Shown: piece by piece, positions 25,569-36,583 of the stretch
Layout: the number at the start of each line of letters is the position of its first letter
Position numbering within the stretch: position 1 is the first letter of the stretch
Assembly: GCA_041665025.1 (NCBI GenBank)
Contig: JBAYJP010000003.1
Coordinates: 129,236-193,235, forward strand
Direction: 5' to 3'
Origin: Candidatus Magasanikiibacteriota bacterium
Lineage (GTDB): Bacteria; Patescibacteriota; Patescibacteriia; Magasanikbacterales; UBA922
Length of the DNA: 64,000 bases
Position numbers and translations under genes: made by a program
Notes under the pieces: generated by a model
Databases searched by the model: none
Told to the model about the DNA's origin: nothing
The model's input: only the letters and a program-made list of their open reading frames with translations

Positions 25569-26873
25569 TTACAAGGACCAATACGAAATCCCTTGTTTTT
25601 CAACTTCTTTCTTATTATACAAGTGTTTGATATCGCACACAAGCAACTTCTCATGGTTCAAATATGTTTTAAGTGTATCAATACTCATGTCTTTAAATTC
25701 ATCATGCGCGACAGCAATGACTAACGTATCTGCTTTTGGCAGATCTTCTTTTTTTGTAAGTTTAATTCCATATTCTTTTTCTACATCAACGGGATTAGCA
25801 TGCGGATCATACACGATTGGATTCAATCCAAAATCTTTTAGCTCAAAAAAAAGTTCTGCCACTTTTGAATTCCTTATGTCAGGAATATTTTCTTTGAACG
25901 TCAAACCAAAGATAACAATATTGGATGTTTCCATATCTTTGCCCATACGTACCATATGCTTCACAATCTGGTGTGCAATGTACTTATGCATGGTATCGTT
26001 AATTCCTCTTCCAGCCAAAATTACCTCAGTATGATGTCCTAGCGCTTTTGCTTTGTACGTTAAATAATAAGGATCTACGCCGATACAATGTCCGCCAACG
26101 AGACCCGGAGTAAATTTAAGAAAATTCCACTTAGTACCAGCTGCTTCCAACACATCATATATGCTGATACCCATACGGTTGAACAAGATAGCAAGTTCGT
26201 TCATGAGCGCTATATTGATGTCGCGCTGTGTATTTTCTATTGCTTTAGCACCTTCTGCAACCTTGATTGATGCTGCCTTAAAAGTCTTGGTAATACTGCC
26301 GTACACTCCCGCAATGACTTTGCAGGACTCATCATCCATACCCGAAACTACTTTTATAATATGGTCAATAGTATGTTCTTTATCTCCCGGATTAACACGC
26401 TCTGGAGAATATCCAACCTTGAAATCAGTACCGTATTTTAAACCCGATTCTTTTTCCAAAATAGGTACACAAATATCTTCGGTTACTCCGGGGTACACAG
26501 TCGATTCATATACCACAATTGAACCCGGGGCTAAATTTTTCCCTACGGTGGTTGTGGCTTTTTCAACCGGACTCAAATCTGGATTTTTGTACTCATCAAT
26601 TGGCGTGGGCACCGCGACAATAATGAATTGGGCTTGTTTAATTATGTTTGGATCACAGCTGTACTCGATATGTGCCGAAACAAGTTCAGACTCATTCACT
26701 TCGTGTGTATGATCCTTTCCAGACTTCAGTTCCTCAACGCGTCGCTCACTTATATCAAAACCAACGAGGCTAAAATGCTTCGCAAGCAATACGGCAAGAG
26801 GTAAACCAACATACCCCAAACCCACGACACAAACTTTTGTTTCTTTATTTTGTAATTGTTCAATGCTAACCAT
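25569..26873 (-). CDS. UDP-N-acetylhexosamine 6-dehydrogenase (WbpO/TviB family)
   Basis: GLGYVGLP, ESTVYPG, YSPERVNPGD and GGHCIGVDP motifs. Confidence 0.92.
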   Translation of the reverse strand: MVSIEQLQNKETKVCVVGLGYVGLPLAVLLAKHFSLVGFDISERRVEELKSGKDHTHEVNESELVSAHIEYSCDPNIIKQAQFIIVAVPTPIDEYKNPDLSPVEKATTTVGKNLAPGSIVVYESTVYPGVTEDICVPILEKESGLKYGTDFKVGYSPERVNPGDKEHTIDHIIKVVSGMDDESCKVIAGVYGSITKTFKAASIKVAEGAKAIENTQRDINIALMNELAILFNRMGISIYDVLEAAGTKWNFLKFTPGLVGGHCIGVDPYYLTYKAKALGHHTEVILAGRGINDTMHKYIAHQIVKHMVRMGKDMETSNIVIFGLTFKENIPDIRNSKVAELFFELKDFGLNPIVYDPHANPVDVEKEYGIKLTKKEDLPKADTLVIAVAHDEFKDMSIDTLKTYLNHEKLLVCDIKHLYNKKEVEKQGISYWSL

Positions 26874-26891
26874 ATGTCAAAAACACATGGA

Positions 26892-28289
26892 TCACTGATC
26901 ACTGATCACTGATCCTTTAATAAAAGGACTGCCAACGGCAATAATATCAAATCCTGCTTTTTGCAAATCTTCATAACGGTGTTGCAACATACGACGTCCA
27001 TCCATGATGAGCGGTTTTTTGTCTAAACTCAAGAGTATTTCTCCTAAGCCCCTAAACTGTGGCCAGTCTGTCGCGATAATTACCACGTCTGCATCTTTAA
27101 TCGCCTGAAATTCATCAGAAGCATATATGATGCTTTCTGAAGCAGGAAATACTGATTTAAACATTTCAAGTGCCGCTGGGTCAAATAAGGTCATATTTCG
27201 TATTTGCTGTTCATGCAAACAATTGAGAATATCGATACTGGGAGAATTACGAATATCATTAGTATCACGTTTAAACGCAACGCCTAAAATTGCTACTGTT
27301 TTATTACCCCAGGCAATATGTGCCTCTTTTTCTGCTCTGCCAATAAATGTCTCAAGTTGTCTTTTATTTGCCAAATACGTTTCATTCACAATGGCTGCTT
27401 GTTGCCCCGCTGTCTGAAGCTGATGAGAAAGTGAGCGGGCATCTTTTATAAAACAACTTCCTCCCGCATACAAGCTATCATAGAATCCCCACGTACCTAT
27501 GCGAGGATCACTAACAAGAACACGACGCACATTTTCAAAAAGTAAATTATCAAATGTTTCACATGTACGTCCAACAACGTCGAAGGTAACCGCAAGTTTG
27601 TTGAATAGCGCAAAATTAGCAAGTAATTTACCAGCTGCTGCCTCTTTTGGATTTACTTCAATATACTGCACCGTGGGTGAATCATAAAAGCGCTGATATA
27701 ATTGTCTCATGGTTTGAAAATCTTCCTGTTTCCATGCACCTACCACTACTCTGTCGGGCCGTAAGGCTCCTTCAATTGCCTTGCCTTCAATTAAAAATTC
27801 TGGATTTGAAACAACACCATAATTTTTTACCCCATATTTCTCCATTATTTCCTGCGTTTTATCCACCATGTCTATAGGCACAGTGCTCTTGTTCACTATT
27901 ACCACGTATTTTTCTTGTCTTCCTTTATTTCTTTGTATCAATGCCTTAGCGAGATCTTGGGCCGCATCAAAATAAAATGTAAGATTACTTTCTCCTGTCT
28001 CCCCTATTTCTGGTGTAGGCAAACACATAAAAACAGCATCCGCGTATTCTAAATAATTTTCAACATCTTTATACGTAGTGGTAAATTGAATTCGCTCTTT
28101 ATTCCGCACCAAAAGATCACCTAGACCTTCTTCAAAAAGGCAAGACTCAATGATATCGCGATCTCCCGAATTTAGCATTTCAATTTTACGTTTGTCAACA
28201 TCGTAGACAAGTATGTTGTGTCCGCTTGCTGCTGAAACGGCCGCGGAACATGCTCCGACAAAACCTGAACCGATATATATGACATTCAT
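26892..28289 (-). CDS. ugd: UDP-glucose 6-dehydrogenase
   Basis: GSGFVG, KSTVP, SNPEFL, GGSCFIKD and AFKRDTNDIR motifs. Confidence 0.9.
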   Translation of the reverse strand: MNVIYIGSGFVGACSAAVSAASGHNILVYDVDKRKIEMLNSGDRDIIESCLFEEGLGDLLVRNKERIQFTTTYKDVENYLEYADAVFMCLPTPEIGETGESNLTFYFDAAQDLAKALIQRNKGRQEKYVVIVNKSTVPIDMVDKTQEIMEKYGVKNYGVVSNPEFLIEGKAIEGALRPDRVVVGAWKQEDFQTMRQLYQRFYDSPTVQYIEVNPKEAAAGKLLANFALFNKLAVTFDVVGRTCETFDNLLFENVRRVLVSDPRIGTWGFYDSLYAGGSCFIKDARSLSHQLQTAGQQAAIVNETYLANKRQLETFIGRAEKEAHIAWGNKTVAILGVAFKRDTNDIRNSPSIDILNCLHEQQIRNMTLFDPAALEMFKSVFPASESIIYASDEFQAIKDADVVIIATDWPQFRGLGEILLSLDKKPLIMDGRRMLQHRYEDLQKAGFDIIAVGSPFIKGSVISDQ

Positions 28290-28377
28290 AAATTTATAAT
28301 AAATACAATATGATACTACACTCTACACTAGATAAGTTATTTTTTCAATATGACATACATTCTACGCGTTAACTCCA

Positions 28378-29679
28378 TTAATATTTCATCAAAAATTCAT
28401 CAAACATTTCAGTCATATACTGAAGCATTTCTGATGTAATGCCAGGGTAACACCCAACCCAAAAGGTATTATTCATAATATAGTCTGTATTTTCTAAATT
28501 TCCAATCGATTTATGAATTATATTGCGTTCAACAAAATATGGCTGCCTTAGTATATTACCAGCAAAAAGAAATCTAGTGGCAATTTTTTTATTTTGAAGA
28601 TGTTCAATGATATCTGAACGAGTAAACGGAGAATCTTGACGAACAGTCAAAAGGAAACCAAACCAACTGGAATCCGCTCCGTCCAACCACGTTGGCAAGA
28701 CAAAAAATTTTTCATATTTTTTAAGATGATTATATAATAACGTAAAGTTCTTTTTCCTCATCTCAATAAAATTTTCAAGTTTATCAAACTGTGATAAACC
28801 CAAGGCAGCCTGGATATCCGTAGTCTTCAAATTATATCCGATTTCAGAATAAATAAATTTGTGATCATAGCCAAAAGGAAGATTGCCTAGCTGCCAACCA
28901 AATCTCTTGCCACAAGTATTATCCTGACCAGTATTACACCAACAATCTCTTCCCCAATCACGTATTGAACGCACAATACGATATAATAACGCATCATTGG
29001 TAAATACGGCTCCTCCTTCTCCCATCGTAATATGGTGGGCAGGATAAAAACTGCACGTAGCTATATGGCCAAACGTACCTGTCTTCTTTCCATGGTACAC
29101 CGATCCCAATGCGTCACAATTATCTTCAATAAGCCATAAATTATTTTTTTTACATATCTCAAGAATAGAATCAACATCAAACGGATTACCCAACGTATGC
29201 GCCAAAAAAACCGCACGTGTTTTGGGCCCTACTGCCTCTTGTATCTGATCTACTATAGCATTATAAGAACCGATCTCCACATCGACAAATACAGGGATAC
29301 ATCCATTTTGGATAATCGGATTTATTGTGGTCGGAAATCCCGCTGCCACTGTTATTATTTCGCTACCTGGTTCTATTCTTCTTTCTTTCAATTTCAAAGA
29401 TGTCAACGCACTTAAAGCTAGTAGATTTGCCGAGGAACCTGAATTTGTAAGCGCTGAATATTTAACTCCCAACCAATTACCTATACGTTGCTCAAATAGA
29501 GCTGAAAAACGTCCCTCAGTCCACCATCCGTCAAGTACAGCCTCAACCATGTTTATTATTTCATGCTCATCAAAGACTTTACCATTAATTGGGACTGAAG
29601 ATTCACCTGCTATAAATCGCTTTTTAGTAAAATTTACGCTACAATAGTTTATAAGTAAATCCCTCATTGCTTGATCCAT
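28378..29679 (-). CDS. rfbH: CDP-4-keto-6-deoxyglucose 3-dehydrase (RfbH/DdhC)
   Basis: SFYPAHHITMGEGG (His at the Lys position), DWGRDCWC and GYDHK motifs. Confidence 0.93.
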   Translation of the reverse strand: MDQAMRDLLINYCSVNFTKKRFIAGESSVPINGKVFDEHEIINMVEAVLDGWWTEGRFSALFEQRIGNWLGVKYSALTNSGSSANLLALSALTSLKLKERRIEPGSEIITVAAGFPTTINPIIQNGCIPVFVDVEIGSYNAIVDQIQEAVGPKTRAVFLAHTLGNPFDVDSILEICKKNNLWLIEDNCDALGSVYHGKKTGTFGHIATCSFYPAHHITMGEGGAVFTNDALLYRIVRSIRDWGRDCWCNTGQDNTCGKRFGWQLGNLPFGYDHKFIYSEIGYNLKTTDIQAALGLSQFDKLENFIEMRKKNFTLLYNHLKKYEKFFVLPTWLDGADSSWFGFLLTVRQDSPFTRSDIIEHLQNKKIATRFLFAGNILRQPYFVERNIIHKSIGNLENTDYIMNNTFWVGCYPGITSEMLQYMTEMFDEFLMKY

Positions 29680-29753
29680 AGGTTTATTTGGTAAAGAATA
29701 TTTACCTTAATAATAGCAGTCTTTTTAAAAAAAAACAATATTTCAAATCTACG

Positions 29754-29782
29754 TTGACAGATATTACAAAAAGGCTTAAAAT
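29754..29782 (+). promoter_or_regulatory. Sigma70 promoter of the inverted SDR gene
   Basis: TTGACA-17 bp-TAAAAT. Confidence 0.65.
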
Positions 29783-29811
29783 AGAGCTAATTATTCAATA
29801 AATTTCATGAT

Positions 29812-30879
29812 ATGGTAAATATTCTTGTTACGGGTCATCTAGGTTATATTGGAACTATTTTGGTGCAGTTACTCAAAGAGAAGGGATACAGGGTAACGGG
29901 ATTAGATACAGGGTATTTCAAAGACTGCGTTTTTTATAGCACTAATGCCACAAAACCAGATGTTGAAATCGTTAAAGATATTCGTCTCGTTAGCATGGAA
30001 GATCTAAAAAATATTGATGCAATTTGTCATCTCTCCGCAATTTCTAATGACCCGATGGGAGAATTAAACCCTCAACTTACAGAAGAGATAAATTTCCGTT
30101 CCTCAATTAACTTGGCAAGATGTGCACAACAAGCTGGGGTAAAAAGATTTTTATTTTCTTCCTCTTGCAGCATGTATGGGAAGTCCGGATCCAATGCGGT
30201 AGACGAAGAATCTACGCTTTCTCCTATTACTGCCTATGCCAAGTCAAAAGTATTAACTGAGCTAGAGCTGAGGAGTATGGCTCGTGAAGATTTCTGCCCA
30301 ATTTATTTAAGAAATTCTACTGCGTATGGAGTTTCTCCTCATATGAGAATGGATCTGGTTGTGAATAATCTAATGGCCTGGGCAGTGACGACAGGAAATG
30401 TACATATTATGAGTGATGGATCTCCCTGGAGACCTATTCTCCATGTCGAAGATATTGCTCGGTCATTTTTATTGCTTTTGGAGGCACCTCAAGAGAAGGT
30501 ACATAACCAGGCCTTTAACATAGGGGCCAACAGCGAAAATTACCAAATCAAAGAGATAGCACATGCTGTCGCAAATTTAGTACCAAACTCACAAGTTGCT
30601 TTTAGTGAAGCTCCTGATAAGGATTCTCGATCTTACCGTGTCTCGTTCGATAAGATCAAGACGATATTCCCAGAGTTTAAATTAAAGTGGAATCTAGACA
30701 GCGGAGCAAAACAACTATATTACTTTTATACGACATTAGGAATTCCACAAAATGTCCTACAAGAACGAGAATTTATTCGATTAAAACAATTACAATATTT
30801 AAAAGAAAATAAGTTAATAGATAACGAATTATATTGGACTAAAACCACTGTGGCTCTAAGTTCGAGACCTATCATTTAA
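29812..30879 (+). CDS. NAD-dependent epimerase/dehydratase
   Basis: GHLGYIG, SNDPMG, SSSCSMYG and YAKSK motifs. Confidence 0.88.
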   Translation: MVNILVTGHLGYIGTILVQLLKEKGYRVTGLDTGYFKDCVFYSTNATKPDVEIVKDIRLVSMEDLKNIDAICHLSAISNDPMGELNPQLTEEINFRSSINLARCAQQAGVKRFLFSSSCSMYGKSGSNAVDEESTLSPITAYAKSKVLTELELRSMAREDFCPIYLRNSTAYGVSPHMRMDLVVNNLMAWAVTTGNVHIMSDGSPWRPILHVEDIARSFLLLLEAPQEKVHNQAFNIGANSENYQIKEIAHAVANLVPNSQVAFSEAPDKDSRSYRVSFDKIKTIFPEFKLKWNLDSGAKQLYYFYTTLGIPQNVLQEREFIRLKQLQYLKENKLIDNELYWTKTTVALSSRPII

Positions 30880-30962
30880 CTTCTTCTTCACTTAAAGTTA
30901 TTTTACCCGCAAGTAGAAAAAATTTATTTTTCTCTCATGCAAGCAGACATAAATTTGGCATA

Positions 30963-31445
30963 TCACTTGTATACCACATCCCAAGAGTATGGTATGTTGT
31001 TATGAAGAGGATCGAGACGTTCCATTTCCCCTGGCGTATGAGGAAGTGTTGCACAGTTTGCCAAAATCGAAGATTGAGTGCCGATAGTTTTGTAACCATT
31101 CCAGACATGTGGCGGAATCTTTATAAGCATTCTATTATCTTCGCCCATAAAAATTTCCATAACACCCCCTTTTGTTGGACTTTCGGGTCGATCATCATAC
31201 AATACAAGTTTTATAAGGCCCATGACCACACTATAGTTGAGCGTCATCTCTTTATGCAAATGCCACCCTTTAATCACTCCAGGGTATGCTTTTGAAAAAT
31301 AAATTTCACCGAATTTTTCAAACAACGTCTCATCAGAGCGAAGCATGTGATAAATTGCTCCACGCTCATCAGGTATAGCTTCTATTTTTTTAATTACAAC
31401 CCCATCGATGGATGTTCCATACACACCTGATATATGTTCTATCAT
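30963..31445 (-). CDS. NDP-4-keto-6-deoxyhexose 3,5-epimerase family cupin (RmlC-like)
   Basis: DERG, KGWHLH, DDRPESPT and IPPHVWNG motifs; start at MIEH preferred over the track start 31481. Confidence 0.85.
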   Translation of the reverse strand: MIEHISGVYGTSIDGVVIKKIEAIPDERGAIYHMLRSDETLFEKFGEIYFSKAYPGVIKGWHLHKEMTLNYSVVMGLIKLVLYDDRPESPTKGGVMEIFMGEDNRMLIKIPPHVWNGYKTIGTQSSILANCATLPHTPGEMERLDPLHNNIPYSWDVVYK

Positions 31446-31453
31446 AATAAAAA

Positions 31454-32434
31454 TTATTTTAGAGATGAATAATAATTCCAAGTTTTTTGTAGTCCCTCTT
31501 TCAAAGATGTGTGGGCAGTCCAGTTGAGCAGCTCTTTCGCTTTTTGTCCTTCACAGTTGACAAAAAATATCTCATTGTCAGCGTATGGTCGATTGTACCG
31601 TGCCAAATTTGTTATTCCGCTTATCTCTTCCAAAGATTCTACGACCGTACGCACAGTATGAGTCTGTGTAATCCCTATATCAAATACGTCATAGGTTTTT
31701 TTCATCGTATTACAATACTCAAGTGACTTGACGAAAGCCTCTGCGATATCTTCTACATAGGTAAAATTCCATTGTTGTTCACCGGCAGTTGTTTCAAATG
31801 ATTCTCTTTTTATTAATCTCTGGATAATATAAGGAACCAGCTTAGTATTATCTTTTGGCCCATATGGAGCAAACAGACGCAAATGTACACATTTCAAACC
31901 ATATGACTTTGTATAAAAATAAACCATATCTTGAAAAGCAAGTTTTGTTTGGGCATAAAAATTATATGGATGAACTGGAGATACTTCATTTAAAATTTTT
32001 TTACCCATCAAATCATATTCAAAAAAACTTCCTGCAGTGATAATATGTTTCACTCCATACTCTCTCATCAAATCCAAAATAACACAAGGAAACAAGACAT
32101 TTGATTCTATCATATCCGCTACCTGATCTGTACTAGTATGATTTTTATAATACCTCGTTGCTAAGTGAAATACAGCATCAATCTTATTTTCATAAAATAG
32201 CTTTCTGAGGGATCCTAAATCATTATAATAAACAGACACCGAGGCTAGATATTCTTTTATGCGCCAAGTATCTGAGGTCGGACTAATTACGATTACGACT
32301 TTATAATGAAGTCGCATAAGTAAGTCTAGAAAAAAAGACCCAATAAAACCTGCCGCCCCCGTAACAAGAATGGTTTTTTGAGTGCCATCTTTTGTATGTG
32401 TTATTCGAGTTTCCATTTTGGGTTGTCTTTCCAT
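31454..32434 (-). CDS. NAD-dependent epimerase/reductase (CDP-abequose/paratose synthase-like)
   Basis: GAAGFIG, YAQTK, LRLFAPYGPKD and GEQQWNFTYVED motifs; start uncertain (32416 possible). Confidence 0.75.
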   Translation of the reverse strand: MERQPKMETRITHTKDGTQKTILVTGAAGFIGSFFLDLLMRLHYKVVIVISPTSDTWRIKEYLASVSVYYNDLGSLRKLFYENKIDAVFHLATRYYKNHTSTDQVADMIESNVLFPCVILDLMREYGVKHIITAGSFFEYDLMGKKILNEVSPVHPYNFYAQTKLAFQDMVYFYTKSYGLKCVHLRLFAPYGPKDNTKLVPYIIQRLIKRESFETTAGEQQWNFTYVEDIAEAFVKSLEYCNTMKKTYDVFDIGITQTHTVRTVVESLEEISGITNLARYNRPYADNEIFFVNCEGQKAKELLNWTAHTSLKEGLQKTWNYYSSLK

Positions 32435-33174
32435 AGTTCATTTAAATCCTTTACATCTTTCATAGTATCCATAGAGTGCCAAAATCCTTCATGCACAAAC
32501 TGGCTAAGCTTTTTTGATCCAACCATGCGGTGTAAACCAGTCTCGAGCATTTCACCTTCACGTAAAAAACTCAAAGCGTCTTTATGAAACACCATAAAAC
32601 CAGCATTAATATAATCATTGAGCACGGGCTTTTCGTCAAACGTATGAATAATGTCATTCTCATCTCCGATAATCTGTCCATATTTTGAAGATGGGTGAGC
32701 CGCGGTGATGGTTGCACTTATATCAAACGTCTCACGTTTTTTGTAATAATGATTAATAATATCTGGAATCTTGACATCACTCAAACCATCTCCATAAGTT
32801 ACCATAAAATCATTTTCTTCGACATATTTAGAAGCCTTCAGTACTCTCTCGCCGCTTAGGGTATCTTCGCCTGTCTCTGCAAATGTAATACGGAATGGTA
32901 GATCACCGGCTGAAGAGTGATAATCAATCTGTCCACTAGACGCATCATACGTCAAATCATTCGCAAATCTTTTCAAATGCAAAAAATATTCACGAATAAG
33001 ATCTCCTCGGTATCCAAGTGCTAAAACAAAATCATTATACCCATAATGACTATATATATTCATAATATGGATCAAAATTGGCAAATCTCCAATCTTCACC
33101 ATCGGTTTGGGCTTAAATTCTGTCTCTTCATGAAGACGCATTCCTTTTCCTCCACACAAAATTATTGTTTTCAT
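32401..33174 (-). CDS. rfbF: Glucose-1-phosphate cytidylyltransferase
   Basis: LCGGKGMRL, PKPMV, TYGDG and GFWHSMDT motifs. Confidence 0.92.
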   Translation of the reverse strand: MKTIILCGGKGMRLHEETEFKPKPMVKIGDLPILIHIMNIYSHYGYNDFVLALGYRGDLIREYFLHLKRFANDLTYDASSGQIDYHSSAGDLPFRITFAETGEDTLSGERVLKASKYVEENDFMVTYGDGLSDVKIPDIINHYYKKRETFDISATITAAHPSSKYGQIIGDENDIIHTFDEKPVLNDYINAGFMVFHKDALSFLREGEMLETGLHRMVGSKKLSQFVHEGFWHSMDTMKDVKDLNELWKDNPKWKLE

Positions 33175-34028
33175 ATATCTTTTTGCTTATTAATAATATT
33201 ATTGCAGATAGTAATCCATCTCTGCACCTCGTGTTTTCCTCTATATTTCACAAAAAAATTACCAAATAAAGGTAAACTATAAAAATATTTATAAAACCCT
33301 TTTTTGTATTTTGCCTTGCCCAAAAATGATCCACGCCCAAAATGTGCCCCAATAAGAGAACTACCATCCAGATAATATTCCGCCACACCCGTTAACTCTC
33401 GAAATGGACCAGCACTAAACCAACGGGTATTCTTTGCATCAAATACCTTGCCACGAAGACCTGCTTTCGTAAACTTGTCCCAGACCTCCCATGCGGTGTC
33501 ATGTTCAGGAGGAACAGGAAAACCCGTGTATTTGGTATCGGGTTTCCAGCTGATTTGTAATGATTTGAAAACTTGTGTATCAAATAACACAATAAATTGA
33601 AAAGGGAAGAGGTCAATATCTCTTACCTTATTATCATGGTGATCTTGAGTAAGTCGTGGCGAACCAATTATCGGCTTCTTCTCATCCAAAAATTCTATCA
33701 AGATAGTATCCCAATGTTTCTTCAATATAAGTGCGTCGCTATCCAAGACAACAGTGTACGGAGTCTTGACTTGTTCCATAAGAACATCTAGAGCAGTCCC
33801 ATGAGCTAGATTTGCCTTTTCATTTTTGCCTTTTCGAAAATGTAAATATACATTATCATATTTTTCAGCTATACATATTATTTTTTCTATCTCACCATTA
33901 GTGGAACCATTATCATTAATCAAAACAACGTACTTATTATCTGTAAGTACTTGCAACGCACGTAGAGAAACTCCGACGAAATCAGAGGTATTATAATTCG
34001 TTATCAAAATAGTTAACTTTTCGTTCAT
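33171..34028 (-). CDS. Glycosyltransferase family 2-like
   Basis: TNYN, DNGS and LDSDA motifs. Confidence 0.8.
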   Translation of the reverse strand: MNEKLTILITNYNTSDFVGVSLRALQVLTDNKYVVLINDNGSTNGEIEKIICIAEKYDNVYLHFRKGKNEKANLAHGTALDVLMEQVKTPYTVVLDSDALILKKHWDTILIEFLDEKKPIIGSPRLTQDHHDNKVRDIDLFPFQFIVLFDTQVFKSLQISWKPDTKYTGFPVPPEHDTAWEVWDKFTKAGLRGKVFDAKNTRWFSAGPFRELTGVAEYYLDGSSLIGAHFGRGSFLGKAKYKKGFYKYFYSLPLFGNFFVKYRGKHEVQRWITICNNIINKQKDI

Positions 34029-34033
34029 AGAAC

Positions 34034-34828
34034 TTATTCAAATTGTTTTGAAATAATTATTTCTTGATTAGGATAGACAAAAAGTTTGAATAACAAAAAA
34101 TTATACAAAAAATTTAACCTGCTTTTGGGATTATTAAACGGCCTATATAATCGATACCATACAATGTTCTTTTTTCTAACCAAAATCTTATTAATACTTT
34201 TTTCAGTCACAAAATTAATTGTACTCAAAAAACTTGTCCGGCGTCTCATTAAAAAAAGATACAATCTACCAAAAATCTTCGGCAAAAAGGTTGGAAACAC
34301 AATTTTATAATGTCTCTCGTAAGGAAAACGATAATTGGGCGTATTCATATAAATCAATCCGCCAGGCTTCACGATCCGTATCATTTCATCCATACATCTT
34401 TCAACATCATCTACGTGTTCCAAAACAGTATAACAATGGACGACGTCAAACTGATTTGAATCAAATGATATATTTTCTCCAAATTCCTTGCGAAAATTTT
34501 CGAGCGGAATATTATGCCTTTTGCATTTTTCTTGAATAATTTCAAATTCTGCCTCGCTTGGCTCTATACCAAAAACTTCGCAAGAATAATTCTGCTGTAA
34601 GGCTACTACCAAACCGCCTGTTCCGGCACCAAAAACGAAATGCTTTTGATGTTCAGTAAATTTCATACTAAGAATTTTTTCTCTTTCTCTCAATTCCATT
34701 TTTTCTCTTTCTTCCTCATGCAACCTCTGTTCTGCTCTCTGTCTCCAATCACGAAGAGAACATATATCTCTATAATAATGTGAGTAATATTCCATCATTT
34801 TTTTTTGAATTATACCAGTGCTGTCCAT
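34034..34828 (-). CDS. Class I SAM-dependent methyltransferase
   Basis: FGAGTG, VLEHV and RIVKPGG motifs; start at MDSTG (34828) avoids overlap with the upstream gene. Confidence 0.85.
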   Translation of the reverse strand: MDSTGIIQKKMMEYYSHYYRDICSLRDWRQRAEQRLHEEEREKMELREREKILSMKFTEHQKHFVFGAGTGGLVVALQQNYSCEVFGIEPSEAEFEIIQEKCKRHNIPLENFRKEFGENISFDSNQFDVVHCYTVLEHVDDVERCMDEMIRIVKPGGLIYMNTPNYRFPYERHYKIVFPTFLPKIFGRLYLFLMRRRTSFLSTINFVTEKSINKILVRKKNIVWYRLYRPFNNPKSRLNFLYNFLLFKLFVYPNQEIIISKQFE

Positions 34829-34859
34829 ATTTATTAAAATCAAAAAAATAAAATAACAT

Positions 34860-35543
34860 TTATTTATGGCATATAATAAAATAACCGCCATGATAACCTT
34901 TTAAATTTTCACTATTTTTAACCAAATTTATATTATCTAATTTTACAAGCACATCAAAAAAAGGATAAAAAAAATAAAAAATATGTCTTATCACAGCAGG
35001 CAAAGAACGCACAAACTTACGCACCATATCACCTAAAATAGTAAAATATCCTCCAGTTATTTCAAAAAGACACAAATCAAAACCAACATTTGACAATACA
35101 TTTTTCCATTTAAACTCCGTCCACCTTTGAAAATCAAACGGATCAGAATGAATAGGATATAAAAAAGGCGCAGACAAAATGCATATTCCTCCTGGTTTAA
35201 GCACTCGATAACACTCTCTGATTCCATTGTCAATATCGCCCACATGCTCAAACAATTCAATAGCATTAATGACATCAATGCTATTGCTTTCAATGTGATC
35301 CATTTTTGCCACATCCATGAGAATATCTGGTTTATTTTTTTCTTCTATATCTACAAAAATCCATTCCGTCGTATTTTCTCTTGGCTTAATAAAATTTCCA
35401 CGGTCTCTTCCACCAATATCCAAAACTTTTCCTTTATACAAATTACTATATTTTTTTTGTAATTTATCCAAAAACTTTCTACGATATGAGGCCCAGAAAT
35501 AATATTTGATTTTTTGAATTAACTTAGACATAAATAGTTTCAT
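34860..35543 (-). CDS. Class I SAM-dependent methyltransferase
   Basis: VLDIGG, ELFEHV, RVLKPGG and PFLYPIH.DP.DFQR motifs. Confidence 0.85.
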   Translation of the reverse strand: MKLFMSKLIQKIKYYFWASYRRKFLDKLQKKYSNLYKGKVLDIGGRDRGNFIKPRENTTEWIFVDIEEKNKPDILMDVAKMDHIESNSIDVINAIELFEHVGDIDNGIRECYRVLKPGGICILSAPFLYPIHSDPFDFQRWTEFKWKNVLSNVGFDLCLFEITGGYFTILGDMVRKFVRSLPAVIRHIFYFFYPFFDVLVKLDNINLVKNSENLKGYHGGYFIICHK

Positions 35544-36568
35544 TTTTTCTTCAAAAGAAGCATTGAAAAAAAATGTATAACTCTCACAACATAAAAAGAA
35601 AAAACTAGTCTAGTATAATGGTAAATACTAATGTTCTTGACTAAATATTTCTGGGACGCAACGTCCTCCATGATAAGCGAGGCAAAGATGATATATTTTT
35701 GTGTGACTTGCTCTATGTTTTCAATATGAATCATATGTTGATATTCCTTATATTTTTGACATACACGCTCTATTTTGCCCAAAATGTCATTCATTCCTTT
35801 AAATAATTCTCCTCCTAGACCGAGTAATTCTGGATGACCCCCACTATCAAGAGCCACAGCTGGCAAACCACAGGCCAATGCTTCAGTTAAAGAATTGGAA
35901 CAAGGATCATCTTCGGACGCCGTTACAAAAATGTCATGCAGATTCAATACGTGGGATAAATCTCTATTCAACATTGGTTTTATCATTTTTATATTTTTGA
36001 ATCTTACTGGGGAATTGCCAATGAACGTCATTTCATATTTATCAAAATCTAAATGTTTATCCAAATAATTATATATTAAAAATCCTTTTTTTATATTTGG
36101 AGACCAGCTAACCGCAATAAGCTTGGTCTTGTTTCCTTTCTGTTGTGCAGATTCATGATCTATTTTTTTGAATTCTGAACCAGGTGCATTTAAAATGGTT
36201 GTCTGACAATGATTTTTGGTCATTCCTTGAAAATAATTCATTTTTTCGCTCCATTTTGATTGAAATATTGTTCCATCTGCTATCGAATTGTTGAGTCTAT
36301 ATATAAAATAATCTGATTTTAAATCGTTACCTCTGACTTTATATAGTGGCCCATCTACCCGATGTATAAATATTTTCTTAGGATATTTATATTTGGTCTT
36401 GATAACAGATAGACATTCATGATGCGAATTAAATAAAATTATATCAGCCTTGCCAATATTCTCTTCATACACCCCTGACAATACAAATTGCTCTTTCAAG
36501 GCTTTTAAAAACTGATTTGCACCGCCCCAAGGGCCGTCCTTTAGTTCATATAAAATATGTATTTTCAT
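35540..36568 (-). CDS. Glycosyltransferase family 4-like
   Basis: GPWGGANQF and DPCSNSLTEALACGLP motifs. Confidence 0.85.
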   Translation of the reverse strand: MKIHILYELKDGPWGGANQFLKALKEQFVLSGVYEENIGKADIILFNSHHECLSVIKTKYKYPKKIFIHRVDGPLYKVRGNDLKSDYFIYRLNNSIADGTIFQSKWSEKMNYFQGMTKNHCQTTILNAPGSEFKKIDHESAQQKGNKTKLIAVSWSPNIKKGFLIYNYLDKHLDFDKYEMTFIGNSPVRFKNIKMIKPMLNRDLSHVLNLHDIFVTASEDDPCSNSLTEALACGLPAVALDSGGHPELLGLGGELFKGMNDILGKIERVCQKYKEYQHMIHIENIEQVTQKYIIFASLIMEDVASQKYLVKNISIYHYTRLVFSFYVVRVIHFFSMLLLKKK

Positions 36569-36583
36569 AAAAGTAAGCCTATT

